Shown: piece after piece, positions 15,714 through 24,295 of the stretch
How the letters are laid out: every line of letters begins with the position of its first letter
Position numbering within the stretch: position 1 is the stretch's first letter
DNA from: a virus
Taxonomy: Duplodnaviria > Caudoviricetes
Strand: one strand, 5' to 3'
DNA length: 35,497 nt
Virus record (IMG/VR): IMGVR_UViG_3300032295_000660
Location: 1 to 35,497 of that record
The notes under the pieces: generated by a model
Database searches by the model: none
What the model saw: the letters and a program-made list of their open reading frames with translations, nothing else
What the model was told of the DNA's origin: nothing
Program-made: the position numbers and the translations under genes

Positions 15714-16381
15714 CCAAAGACGAAGCATTGAAACTGGCGCTGGAGGCGTTAATGCACACGCCAACCCTTAGCCCTGCCGTGGAAGAATTGTGCGATGACG
15801 CAATTGACGCCATCGAGCAAGCCCTTGCAGCACCTGTGCAGGAGCCGGTTGGCACGTTGAACATCTGGTTTTACAAGGGCCACGGGAACTACGACTTTGA
15901 TTATTGGGGCAGCCTTGGCGAGGGAACCTACACCGTTCACGTTGCAAAATCCGAAGCGCCTTCTCATAACAGCACCTGCAACGAAACTTTGCGTGCGCAA
16001 GGAAAGCCATACCCCAGAACTTGTAAGAAATGCGGCCTTGGCCCTTGCATCGGGAAGCCTAAGTCTGACACCACCCCACCCGCAGCACCTGTGCAGTATG
16101 AGCTTTCGCCAACAGATATTTACGACTTTGCTGGTTGGTTGACGACGCGCAATGGCGTGATGAAAGTCGGAAGTTCTTGTGAAGCTGGACCGATGGCAGA
16201 GGCTGTCGGCGAATATCTCAAAACATTTCCAGATCGCTTTACCGCAGCACAGCGGCAGTGGGTTGGGCTAAACGAGGATGAGATCGACAAACTCAAACAC
16301 CTAAATGACTGGACAGCAAGCTGGTCACACACGGCATTTGCGCACGCAATTTCGCATCTTTTGAAAATTAAAAACGCATGA
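15710..16381 (+). CDS. Mosaic hypothetical protein (MTKDEALKLALEAL...)
   Basis: Modular ORF with repeated AAPVQ linkers. Confidence 0.7.
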   Translation: MTKDEALKLALEALMHTPTLSPAVEELCDDAIDAIEQALAAPVQEPVGTLNIWFYKGHGNYDFDYWGSLGEGTYTVHVAKSEAPSHNSTCNETLRAQGKPYPRTCKKCGLGPCIGKPKSDTTPPAAPVQYELSPTDIYDFAGWLTTRNGVMKVGSSCEAGPMAEAVGEYLKTFPDRFTAAQRQWVGLNEDEIDKLKHLNDWTASWSHTAFAHAISHLLKIKNA

Positions 16382-16791
16382 GCAATCCTTACCCAACGTA
16401 CAAAACCAACCGAATTTTTACTGGAGCAACGAGCATGAACTTCACACTTGAGCAAGCAATGGAAAAATTTCCACAAATCAAACATTGGCATGAACAATAT
16501 ATGAAATCAAACTCAAAATTTGTTGATTTGTACACAAGCGAAGAAGACACAGCAGAACTGCTGCGCTTAGGCCAAATGCCAAAACCTTTGCGCCTTGCCG
16601 CAGGATTAGAAAAGACGATGCAGTGGCCTTTGCACGGCAAGGCTGCTGACTGCTTGCGCGAAATGTATGTGTTATTTCAACACTGCGCAAACGAGATGCG
16701 TTACGCAGGGTGGGATAAGCGCGAAGCCGACAACTATGTGAGGAACGATGTGTACGAGGAAGTCAAAAGCCTTCTTGGAAAAAACACATGA
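16378..16791 (+). CDS. Hypothetical protein (AT-rich)
   Basis: ATGA overlaps. Confidence 0.6.
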   Translation: MSNPYPTYKTNRIFTGATSMNFTLEQAMEKFPQIKHWHEQYMKSNSKFVDLYTSEEDTAELLRLGQMPKPLRLAAGLEKTMQWPLHGKAADCLREMYVLFQHCANEMRYAGWDKREADNYVRNDVYEEVKSLLGKNT

Positions 16792-17003
16792 GCAACGTCA
16801 TCCCATTCAACGGCATCACCAAGCTCGACCTTGATCCTGACATCGTGCTGGAGAACACCAAGGGCAAGCTGGAAGGCTTTGTCATCTGTGGGTACGACAA
16901 AGACGGCCAGGAGTATTTCGCCAGCACCTATGCCGACGGTGGCGATGTGCTGTGGCTGCTGGAGCGCATGAAGCTGCGCTTGCTGACGGTAGAGGTGGAT
17001 TAA
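16788..17003 (+). CDS. Hypothetical phage protein
   Basis: T.LDLDPD.VL...GYDKDG.EYFAS..ADGG.VLWLLER; last gene of the plus arm. Confidence 0.75.
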   Translation: MSNVIPFNGITKLDLDPDIVLENTKGKLEGFVICGYDKDGQEYFASTYADGGDVLWLLERMKLRLLTVEVD

Positions 17004-17215
17004 CGCTTTCCAGCCCTCTGCCTGGCGTTGGTATCAGCCTGCCACTGATCGCGGCACTCAGGGCCGCAGAAGCGCCTGTCAGCGACCACAGGCTCTTCGC
17101 AGTAGTGGCACAGGCCAGTCGGCTCAAGTCGCTGGTGTGGTTGCCTGGCGGTGGTCAGGCAGGCCTCGCGCTCTTGCTCTTCGCGTAGGGTAGCTTGATC
17201 GGAAACGTCGGTCAT
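17000..17215 (-). CDS. TraR/DksA-like C4 zinc-finger protein
   Basis: N-terminal DVSDQA (DxxDxA), helix, CHYC...FCGPEC. Confidence 0.7.
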   Translation of the reverse strand: MTDVSDQATLREEQEREACLTTARQPHQRLEPTGLCHYCEEPVVADRRFCGPECRDQWQADTNARQRAGKR

Positions 17216-17242
17216 AAAAAAGACCCGGCACAGAGGCCGGGC
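17216..17242 (-). terminator. Intrinsic terminator after the lysis genes
   Basis: GCCCGGC-CTCTGT-GCCGGGT-CTTTTTT. Confidence 0.7.
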
Positions 17243-17274
17243 AAGGCGGCTGAAGCCGCGGTGGAGACAACTGG

Positions 17275-17664
17275 CTATTTCTTCAACGCCGCGGCAATGG
17301 ATGGCGCGACCTTCTCGACGCTGCGGCCTACGACATACCCACCAAGGCCAAACTCGACGATGCTCCAGAGCTTGAGGTATTCGGCCTCTTGCAGCCCAGG
17401 AGCAGCCCAGCCAAACCACCTGGCCACGATCAGGCCGACAAACACCAGCATGGTAAGTGGTCGCCAGTTGGCCGCCAGCCAGTGCGTGCTGGCTGCCTCG
17501 GTGTTGATAATCTTGGCCGCAGCAGATTCAATCTCAGCCTGGTGGCTCAGCAGTTGGCGCATTGCCTCTGCCTCTGCCTTGGCCTTCTCGGTCGGGTCAG
17601 GAAACAGGCTGCCAACGATCTGGCCAATGATCGGAGCCAGCGCCGGGACGAGTGCTTGGATCAT
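17275..17664 (-). CDS. Holin (3TM holin, GTA-holin-like)
   Basis: FPDP.EKAKA...EA.S.HWLAANWRP, hydrophobic segments, LGGYVVGRSVEK. Confidence 0.8.
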   Translation of the reverse strand: MIQALVPALAPIIGQIVGSLFPDPTEKAKAEAEAMRQLLSHQAEIESAAAKIINTEAASTHWLAANWRPLTMLVFVGLIVARWFGWAAPGLQEAEYLKLWSIVEFGLGGYVVGRSVEKVAPSIAAALKK

Positions 17665-18032
17665 TGGTACTCCCAGATCACGTTGGACGGCAGACCATGG
17701 CCACCCAGGCCAAGGTGCACGAAGTTCTTGGCAATGCCGATGCGGTGGAATCCGTGCTTGAGCGCCAGGCGAATCAGGTCGAATCGGTCGCTGCCAGAGG
17801 TGCACGCAACGTCGCAGCACATGCCACGAGTGTGCTCGCCATCAGATCGGCCCTTCCCGGCCTCCACGGGGTGCGTTGGGTGCCTGTAGCCGCTGGTGAT
17901 GGTCATGGGCCGACCGTACTCAGTGCGCAAGGCCTGAAGGCGCTCCATGAAGTCAGGGAGCATGCCATTCAGTCCGGTGTGCTTGCAGTCGAACTCGGCC
18001 TTGGTGAAGTTGGGGTAGTCAGACCAATTCAT
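17661..18032 (-). CDS. Endolysin, peptidase M15 family
   Basis: NF...EF.C, ITSGYR...H, H..G...D, RIGI..NFVH. Confidence 0.88.
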   Translation of the reverse strand: MNWSDYPNFTKAEFDCKHTGLNGMLPDFMERLQALRTEYGRPMTITSGYRHPTHPVEAGKGRSDGEHTRGMCCDVACTSGSDRFDLIRLALKHGFHRIGIAKNFVHLGLGGHGLPSNVIWEYQ

Positions 18033-18217
18033 TTTGCAACCCAGTGAACGACAACAACAGGACGGCCACGGCCGCCATGGCTGACCGTGCGCACCTCTTG
18101 AACAGGCAGACCAGACAGATGTGCAAGAACGGCCTGCTTGGACAAGCCAAGCGCATCGGCCATGTCTTTGACCGTCCTCGGGTTTTCACGAACCATCTGC
18201 ATAATCTGCTCGCGCAT
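18029..18217 (-). CDS. Small winged-HTH protein (62 aa)
   Basis: TVKDMADALGLSKQAVLAHL...GRGRP; TGATG and ATGA overlaps. Confidence 0.7.
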   Translation of the reverse strand: MREQIMQMVRENPRTVKDMADALGLSKQAVLAHLSGLPVQEVRTVSHGGRGRPVVVVHWVAK

Positions 18218-18438
18218 CAGTGACCCTTCCAGTGGCTGGCCATGAAGCCAACCAGCGCAGAAAATCCTGACGCAATACTCATTCCAAGCCAAAGGCCACC
18301 CTTGGACTTGTTGGCCAAGGCCACAAGTTCTTCAAGCTGGCGCTCCATCTTGTCCATCTTCTTGTCCATGTCCTGCACGCGCTGCCACAGAACTCCATAC
18401 TTCACGAGGTCAATGCCGCCATCCTTCTCTTCAGCCAT
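18217..18438 (-). CDS. Coiled-coil plus C-terminal TM protein (holin/antiholin-like)
   Basis: DLVKYGVLW..V...LANKSKGGLWLGM; single TM segment. Confidence 0.6.
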   Translation of the reverse strand: MAEEKDGGIDLVKYGVLWQRVQDMDKKMDKMERQLEELVALANKSKGGLWLGMSIASGFSALVGFMASHWKGH

Positions 18439-18456
18439 GTCAGGACACTCCATCGA

Positions 18457-18810
18457 TTACAAGCCCTGGCCGGGCGTGACGTAGACGGTGGTCGCGCCAG
18501 AGGCAAGACCGCTGAAGTAGGTGTCCTTGTTGAAACGCAGGATTTCAACAGCGCCAGGTACCAGCACTACGGCAGGCGAAGGGTTGCCAGCCACAGGAGC
18601 CACAGCATTGGCTTGTGCCTCGGATGCAGTCGGGCCTGTGCCCAAGAATACGGTGTCGCTGCCTGCGTTCACGAAGCGGTACTGGCCAGCGTTCTGAGGA
18701 TTGAACTTCTCGTAGACCGGAGCCTGAACGCCAGCAGGAGCAACTGCTGCAGCCGCCACGACGACGGTTTCGCCTATCGGGTTGAATGCAATCTGGGAAT
18801 TGGTGGACAT
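18457..18810 (-). CDS. Hypothetical virion-associated protein
   Basis: AAGGAG SD; beta-rich; end of the tail module. Confidence 0.7.
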   Translation of the reverse strand: MSTNSQIAFNPIGETVVVAAAAVAPAGVQAPVYEKFNPQNAGQYRFVNAGSDTVFLGTGPTASEAQANAVAPVAGNPSPAVVLVPGAVEILRFNKDTYFSGLASGATTVYVTPGQGL

Positions 18811-18820
18811 ATCAGACTCC

Positions 18821-19060
18821 TTATGCAGCGCTAGCTGCCTTGTATTTTTCGATCACATCAGAATTGTGGATTGCTGAGCAAATAGCCTGCACTCGATCAG
18901 TCTCTCTGCTGTAGTCATCACCAGGGGCGACAACATGACGGTGGAAAGTTCCACTGATTTGTTTCCCATCCTCCAATATGGCTGTCTTTGTGCGAACGTG
19001 CACACAGCCATTCTCTACAACCTCAATTCGATCAACAATTTCAACTTTTTCCAATGCCAT
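18821..19060 (-). CDS. Small tail-fibre-associated protein (putative chaperone)
   Basis: MALEK...DRIEV...VRT...EDG..IS..FHRHV..PG.D.S; follows the tailspike. Confidence 0.7.
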   Translation of the reverse strand: MALEKVEIVDRIEVVENGCVHVRTKTAILEDGKQISGTFHRHVVAPGDDYSRETDRVQAICSAIHNSDVIEKYKAASAA

Positions 19061-19141
19061 TTTGATCTCCAATCAAAACCAAAACCCGGTGTTCTGCGCC
19101 GGGACAGTACTTAGATTCTGCACCAAAAACAACACGCAAAA

Positions 19142-20821
19142 TCACAGCAACGTTGTGACATCCGTCGGCGGCAGTTGATTGCGGCTATCAATACCGGAAT
19201 ATGTGATTTCAGCCCAGCCTTGTATTGACGAAGACACAAGATTGCCACCAGAGTCACAGCCACCAAACCAAATCACGTTTTCATTGTTTCCCATGTTGTT
19301 TGGAACAGAGATTCCGTACTTTCCAGCAGGGATAAGTTCTGCAACCGTTGGCACAGAACTGCTCAGATTGACTGTCGCAAGTGGAGTTGTTGCAGATGGG
19401 CCAAAAAACACACCGATTTTTGCAATGACCGTTGCCGCGACATTAACCTTGATGGAGGTTATCAAGGTATTGCTCGGGATTTGCACATAAGGTGCAGTTG
19501 TTGGATTGTCAGCAATGTACGAATATCCAGAATATCGAGTTAGCTCATATCGCATTGAGCACTGATTTTCTGATGTCGAACTTCTCGCAACTCCATTGAT
19601 GGAGTTCACAAAGTTACTGTTGACAGACCGAACAATAGGAGTGATGAGTCCGTTTTCAACACAATATCTGAATGTACGAACCGTGTTGCCAGTGTCAAAG
19701 AATGACGGGATCAGTAGACCAGATGCAAAAATGCAGTTATCAAACATCAACTGCGTCCCAACAAGCCCGTTAGCATGCGTCACATCCCATTCAGCAATAG
19801 TCTGCGCCTCAATACCGTAGACAGAAGGAAGAACGCAAGCACGGAATGTAGCTTCCGCAGAACCACGAATGCTTGCCGAACGGCCATCCGATGCGCCGCC
19901 GCCAGCATAAAAGTTCATTCCAACAATTTCGTATCTGCCATGTGTTGCATCTACGATTTGCACGAATGTGGTTGGGGATGCGCCAGATGTGCCTGTCTCA
20001 AGACGCGAGTTGCAGTACACATACCCATTATTTGATGTTGTGACAGTACCCGTTGCGTAAAAAATCACGCCACTGGATCGAGAGCCAAGTTCGCAGCCGA
20101 TGATTCGCATACCACCAGCCCACTGGCCTGCGTGGTGGAAAAATCTGAAGTTGTCCACATCAGGGAACGCAGAGCACCCAATGAATGTCCAATCAACAGC
20201 TTCCGGGTTGCTGGAGTAGTAAAGCGTTTCCCACCCGATGAAGTACGAGTTGCTGACTGTGGTTTGATCGCAGTGCGTTGCACCTGTGATGTTGAAAACT
20301 TTGTTCAGCTTGTAGGTGCCACCTTTGACTTTCAGGTTGTCATAGACGTGTCGTATAAATACATTGGCGACTGCAGGATTCTGAGGATTCGCAGAAACCA
20401 AGTATCCGTTCACAGATGTGTTGTAGTCGTTTACGACAACAACGGTTCCGTTGACAAGTCCAAAATTGAAGATGTAGGCAGCGTAGTCAACCAACGCATC
20501 GTTTGCGCCAGTTTGATGCCATTCAAGCTGCGACCCACACAAGTCAATTTGATACGAAGTGCCATTGGTTCCGCTGGTAACATAGTTATGCCCAAGCACG
20601 TTGTTGCCACTGACAACATACGTTTTACCGGGAGCAAAAACAACAACAGGCTGTTTTGAAATGTGCGGAAACGAAGGAACACTGCTCAATGATTGCGCGT
20701 AGTCGATTGCTGCACGAATGGCAGCAGTATCGTCAGTTACGCCATCACCAACAGCACCGAAGTCCGATACATTGATCGGAGCGCCTTCGATCATTGAGTA
20801 GGAAACTTTTGTCAAACTCAT
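19142..20821 (-). CDS. Tailspike/depolymerase (pectate-lyase-3-like beta-helix)
   Basis: NVSDFGAVGDGVTDDTAAI..AI; AT-rich body. Confidence 0.85.
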   Translation of the reverse strand: MSLTKVSYSMIEGAPINVSDFGAVGDGVTDDTAAIRAAIDYAQSLSSVPSFPHISKQPVVVFAPGKTYVVSGNNVLGHNYVTSGTNGTSYQIDLCGSQLEWHQTGANDALVDYAAYIFNFGLVNGTVVVVNDYNTSVNGYLVSANPQNPAVANVFIRHVYDNLKVKGGTYKLNKVFNITGATHCDQTTVSNSYFIGWETLYYSSNPEAVDWTFIGCSAFPDVDNFRFFHHAGQWAGGMRIIGCELGSRSSGVIFYATGTVTTSNNGYVYCNSRLETGTSGASPTTFVQIVDATHGRYEIVGMNFYAGGGASDGRSASIRGSAEATFRACVLPSVYGIEAQTIAEWDVTHANGLVGTQLMFDNCIFASGLLIPSFFDTGNTVRTFRYCVENGLITPIVRSVNSNFVNSINGVARSSTSENQCSMRYELTRYSGYSYIADNPTTAPYVQIPSNTLITSIKVNVAATVIAKIGVFFGPSATTPLATVNLSSSVPTVAELIPAGKYGISVPNNMGNNENVIWFGGCDSGGNLVSSSIQGWAEITYSGIDSRNQLPPTDVTTLL

Positions 20822-20830
20822 GGAATGTCC

Positions 20831-21367
20831 TTAAACGGTATACGTCAGGCAAAACCCAAAGTATGTGTTGTTTGCAAAAGCCACATTTGTCATTGCAGAT
20901 GTCGCTCCGTTGTTCATCACGTTCAGCTTGATGACGGTTGAATTTGCATCGGCAACGGCGTAAGGTACTCCGACCACTGTCAAACTACCAGTACCACCAA
21001 CGATGCCGTTTTCGTTTTTGAAGGCTGCATTCGATACAGTAAACGGGAGCCCTGCAATCGTGGCGTCACCAGTTGCAGACCCTTTGTTCGACAAATACAT
21101 TCCGACCTGGACAAAAACTTGTCGTCCAATTCGTGTGTATGTTGCTTGGCGAACCGCATAAGTTATTCCAGTAGCTGCACCACCAAATTGCAAATCAGGT
21201 GTCCATGCTCCCTCTTCATAATCGTCCAGCAGTTCACTAGTCATGCCTGGTGCATTTGAGTCGGCAGAAAAATCAATGCCTTTACCAGCAGTTCCAATGA
21301 CCAGGTTTCCATTGATGATTGTTTGATCGCCAGTTCGCGTTGATGGGAATCCAACTGTCTTGAGCAT
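20831..21367 (-). CDS. Tail fibre-related protein
   Basis: GIDFSA...ELLDDYEEG.WTP...YTRIGRQV...GLPF. Confidence 0.75.
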   Translation of the reverse strand: MLKTVGFPSTRTGDQTIINGNLVIGTAGKGIDFSADSNAPGMTSELLDDYEEGAWTPDLQFGGAATGITYAVRQATYTRIGRQVFVQVGMYLSNKGSATGDATIAGLPFTVSNAAFKNENGIVGGTGSLTVVGVPYAVADANSTVIKLNVMNNGATSAMTNVAFANNTYFGFCLTYTV

Positions 21368-21377
21368 TTCGGTCTCC

Positions 21378-21881
21378 TTAAACCAAGAATTCGATCACAG
21401 AATTGATTGGTGGCGCTTCTGTAAACGTCACTGAACCAGCTGCAAATGTGTAAGTGTTTTTGTTCTGATATACGCCATTGATGTAAATAAATGACGGCTC
21501 AGATGCAACGGCAAATATTGTTTGAACTCCATCACCAGTTGCATTTGATGGAATAAATGTGACATCGACAACAATTCGGTTGTATCGCTCAGTTGCAGAC
21601 GGTGCGCTGTAAACAACGCTGCCGTTCTTGTTCATCACACGGATGCTGTAGTCGCTGTTGACATACAGGCGTGCAGGCGTGCCATTTCGTGATGGGTAGC
21701 CGTTGATCGTTCGAATTGGCTGCGCGGCCTGAATGGTCAATGCAGCGTCAAAATAAACGTTGATCGGGTTGACCTGTGGATCAAGATTGGTCTGGCCGAT
21801 CCAGATGTAGCCGTCTTCCAGCGGCTGCCCATCCGTCTCTGTAAAGATCGGATACGTGGGCTGAATGCTGAGTGCGGACAT
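21378..21881 (-). CDS. Stand-alone tailspike head-binding/adaptor protein
   Basis: P.F.E.DGQPL..GYIWIG..NLDP..NP..VY.D...QPIRT..GY (P22 gp9-like head-binding domain) plus GDG...YINGVYQ...FTEAPP domain; TAATG overlap. Confidence 0.78.
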   Translation of the reverse strand: MSALSIQPTYPIFTETDGQPLEDGYIWIGQTNLDPQVNPINVYFDAALTIQAAQPIRTINGYPSRNGTPARLYVNSDYSIRVMNKNGSVVYSAPSATERYNRIVVDVTFIPSNATGDGVQTIFAVASEPSFIYINGVYQNKNTYTFAAGSVTFTEAPPINSVIEFLV

Positions 21882-24295
21882 TACTGGTTCTCCTGATCGA
21901 ATTGGCGTCCTGTCTGGACAGCGGATTGCAGCCACTGCACTCTCGCGTCCAGGGATTGTGGCAGCTTTGCTGCGTTTGCGAAATCGGCAAATGCCTTGCT
22001 TGCAGCAGTGCGACGGATAGCGGCCTGGCTTGGCTCGGTCTTAGTCGCGGCCTCGATGGCGAGCTTCTGGAAGTCGTCGCTGGCGAATAGCTTACCGGCA
22101 GCTTTCACCGCATCTGCATTGCCCTTGGACATGAACTGCACGATGTCAGGTGCAACGAAGCCGCCACCAGGGATTGCACTTGCTGCACCTGTGACGACGC
22201 GTTGAGCTGTCGTGCTTTGCATGACCTTACCGATCAAGCCTTCGGCCTTCATGGCCTCCACCAGCGCCTGGTTGGCCTTTCCGGTGGTGAGCACCTGGGC
22301 GCGTGCGTCGGTGATCCTGCGCGAGATCTCGAACAGGTCGCGCAGCACTGGATCAGCATCCTTGCCAAGCACCTCGATCACCTGCTTGTAGACAGGTGGG
22401 TTGGCACGCAGGCCACGGTAGGTCTTGGCGAACTCGGCAAAACCGAAAGCGCCTTCTTGAGCAGCGCGGCTAGAGCTTGCAACAGATGCCAGCGCAGTGG
22501 CGATGGTCTCCTTGCGCAACTCAGGAGGCACGACCTTGATCAGCTTGTTGAATTGAGCCGCATCACCCTTGGCCGCCGACTTGATGGCCGACTGCATGAG
22601 GGTTGCCACACTGCCGTCGCTTTCCTTGCCAAAGGCACCGACGATGCGGTTTTCCAAGGCCTTGCGCTTCGCTGTCAGCAGGTTGGCTGCGCGGAGTTCT
22701 TGGCGCAGTGCATCGCCGCCGATCTGGCCAACGTTGGTCAGCTGGTCTTCGGCCAAAGCACCATAAAGGCGTTTGAGGTCACCAGCGGCCATGTTGCCGT
22801 ATGGGGACTCCTTGCCAGCCATCGCTTGGCCGATCAGGTTCTTCTCACGCAGCAGACGGCCGTAGGTCACAGCCGGGTCGGTGGCCAGCTCGTAGAGTTT
22901 CTTTTCCTGTGCAGATAAGCCTTTTTCACCGACCTCAGCCAGTACATCGTCGAGCGTTTGCGTCAGGCGAGGAAATTGGACTGTCGCAGTCTTTGGAATT
23001 GTGGCGTCCACGCGCTTGTAGATCACATCGGCATCGTTGAACAGCTGAGTGCGTGTCGAATTCAGGCTGTCCAGGATGCGCTGAGACGTTGCGCCAGGAG
23101 CAGGACGGCCCTCGATGAAGGCCGCGTCGAACTGCTGCACCACGTCGTCAGCTTTCCCGATGGCGGTGCGGACAGTATTCACCCAAGCAGCCTCAGCCTC
23201 ACCACCAGCAACAGACCGGGTCAGGCCAACGGCCGCACGCACCTGTGGGTTGTCGCTGAACACATCGAAAGGCAAGTCCATGCCAAGGCGCTCGGCTGCG
23301 GCACGGGCATCAGGGTTTACCTGGGCAACGTCGGCCAGCTTGGCTTTGGCTGCGGCAGAGCCTGGGCCGCTGCCGGAGGCCTTGCGCACCAGGTCTCCAA
23401 CTTCTTCGAAGGCCTCGGTGGCCACCTGAGCCACAGGAGCAGCTTCGGGCGCCATAGCGGTGCCAATTGGTGCGCCAGCAGGGGCCGCAGGAGCCGTCGG
23501 TGCAGCTGGTGCAGGCATTGGCTCAAGCGTTGGCTCAATTCGCGCAGCAGGGGCTGCTGCGGGGGCCGCAGCGGGTGCGGCAGGCGCTGGCGTCACAGGG
23601 CGACCTGTTGCGCGTTGGACGGTGCGTTTTACGGCAGGGGCAGCCGCCTGTACGGCACGTTGCACGACTTGGCCAGCACCACCTGCAGCGCCAGCGGTGA
23701 CAACCTCGCCAGTGTCAAATCGGCCGCCCGTGCCTGCCTGTGTTGCCTCGATCACGGCTTGCGTGCCTGCGCCAGCAGCTACAGCACCAGGAAGCGTGGT
23801 GGCGCGTCCAGCAGGCGTGAAGGCCAACAATCCGCCCAAAGCACGCGGAATGTCGCCAACCGAGAAACCGGGTGGGATGGCGTACTCTCTCTGATCAACA
23901 GACGATTTCAGGATGAAGTTTCCCTTGGCGTCTTGGCGTGCCTCGATGCCTGGAAAGTTGGCCTTCAAAATTTGCACGGTCTCCTGTGGGTTTGAAACCA
24001 AGGTGCCCAGGGCAGACTTCAAAGAAGCCACGCTTAGCTGGTTCAGCTCTGGCATGCCAGTCCACTCAGGCAGCGCTTGGGTTTCAGGCGTTGCGCGTCG
24101 TGCGCCAGTGACCATCTCGCCAACGGACTCGAAGAAGCCCATTTTCTGAGGCTCAGCTTGGCCGCCGAACTGCGTGGCCATAGCCGCATAGTCGACGGTC
24201 GGAGCCGCGGCAGGTGCGGCAGCCGGAGCAGGCGCAGCCGGGCTTGTGGCCGTGCCACCGAACTGTCGTGCGAGTGCTGCGTAATCGGTTGCCAT
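21881..24295 (-). CDS. DNA ejection/transfer protein (gp16-like position)
   Basis: 804 aa, Ala-rich; third of three coupled genes before the tailspike. Confidence 0.65.
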   Translation of the reverse strand: MATDYAALARQFGGTATSPAAPAPAAAPAAAPTVDYAAMATQFGGQAEPQKMGFFESVGEMVTGARRATPETQALPEWTGMPELNQLSVASLKSALGTLVSNPQETVQILKANFPGIEARQDAKGNFILKSSVDQREYAIPPGFSVGDIPRALGGLLAFTPAGRATTLPGAVAAGAGTQAVIEATQAGTGGRFDTGEVVTAGAAGGAGQVVQRAVQAAAPAVKRTVQRATGRPVTPAPAAPAAAPAAAPAARIEPTLEPMPAPAAPTAPAAPAGAPIGTAMAPEAAPVAQVATEAFEEVGDLVRKASGSGPGSAAAKAKLADVAQVNPDARAAAERLGMDLPFDVFSDNPQVRAAVGLTRSVAGGEAEAAWVNTVRTAIGKADDVVQQFDAAFIEGRPAPGATSQRILDSLNSTRTQLFNDADVIYKRVDATIPKTATVQFPRLTQTLDDVLAEVGEKGLSAQEKKLYELATDPAVTYGRLLREKNLIGQAMAGKESPYGNMAAGDLKRLYGALAEDQLTNVGQIGGDALRQELRAANLLTAKRKALENRIVGAFGKESDGSVATLMQSAIKSAAKGDAAQFNKLIKVVPPELRKETIATALASVASSSRAAQEGAFGFAEFAKTYRGLRANPPVYKQVIEVLGKDADPVLRDLFEISRRITDARAQVLTTGKANQALVEAMKAEGLIGKVMQSTTAQRVVTGAASAIPGGGFVAPDIVQFMSKGNADAVKAAGKLFASDDFQKLAIEAATKTEPSQAAIRRTAASKAFADFANAAKLPQSLDARVQWLQSAVQTGRQFDQENQ

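Noticed and set aside
23440-23600. Pro/Ala-rich repeats in the large ejection protein (also about 24200 and 24400)
   Set aside because: Degenerate low-complexity protein linkers, not DNA-level arrays
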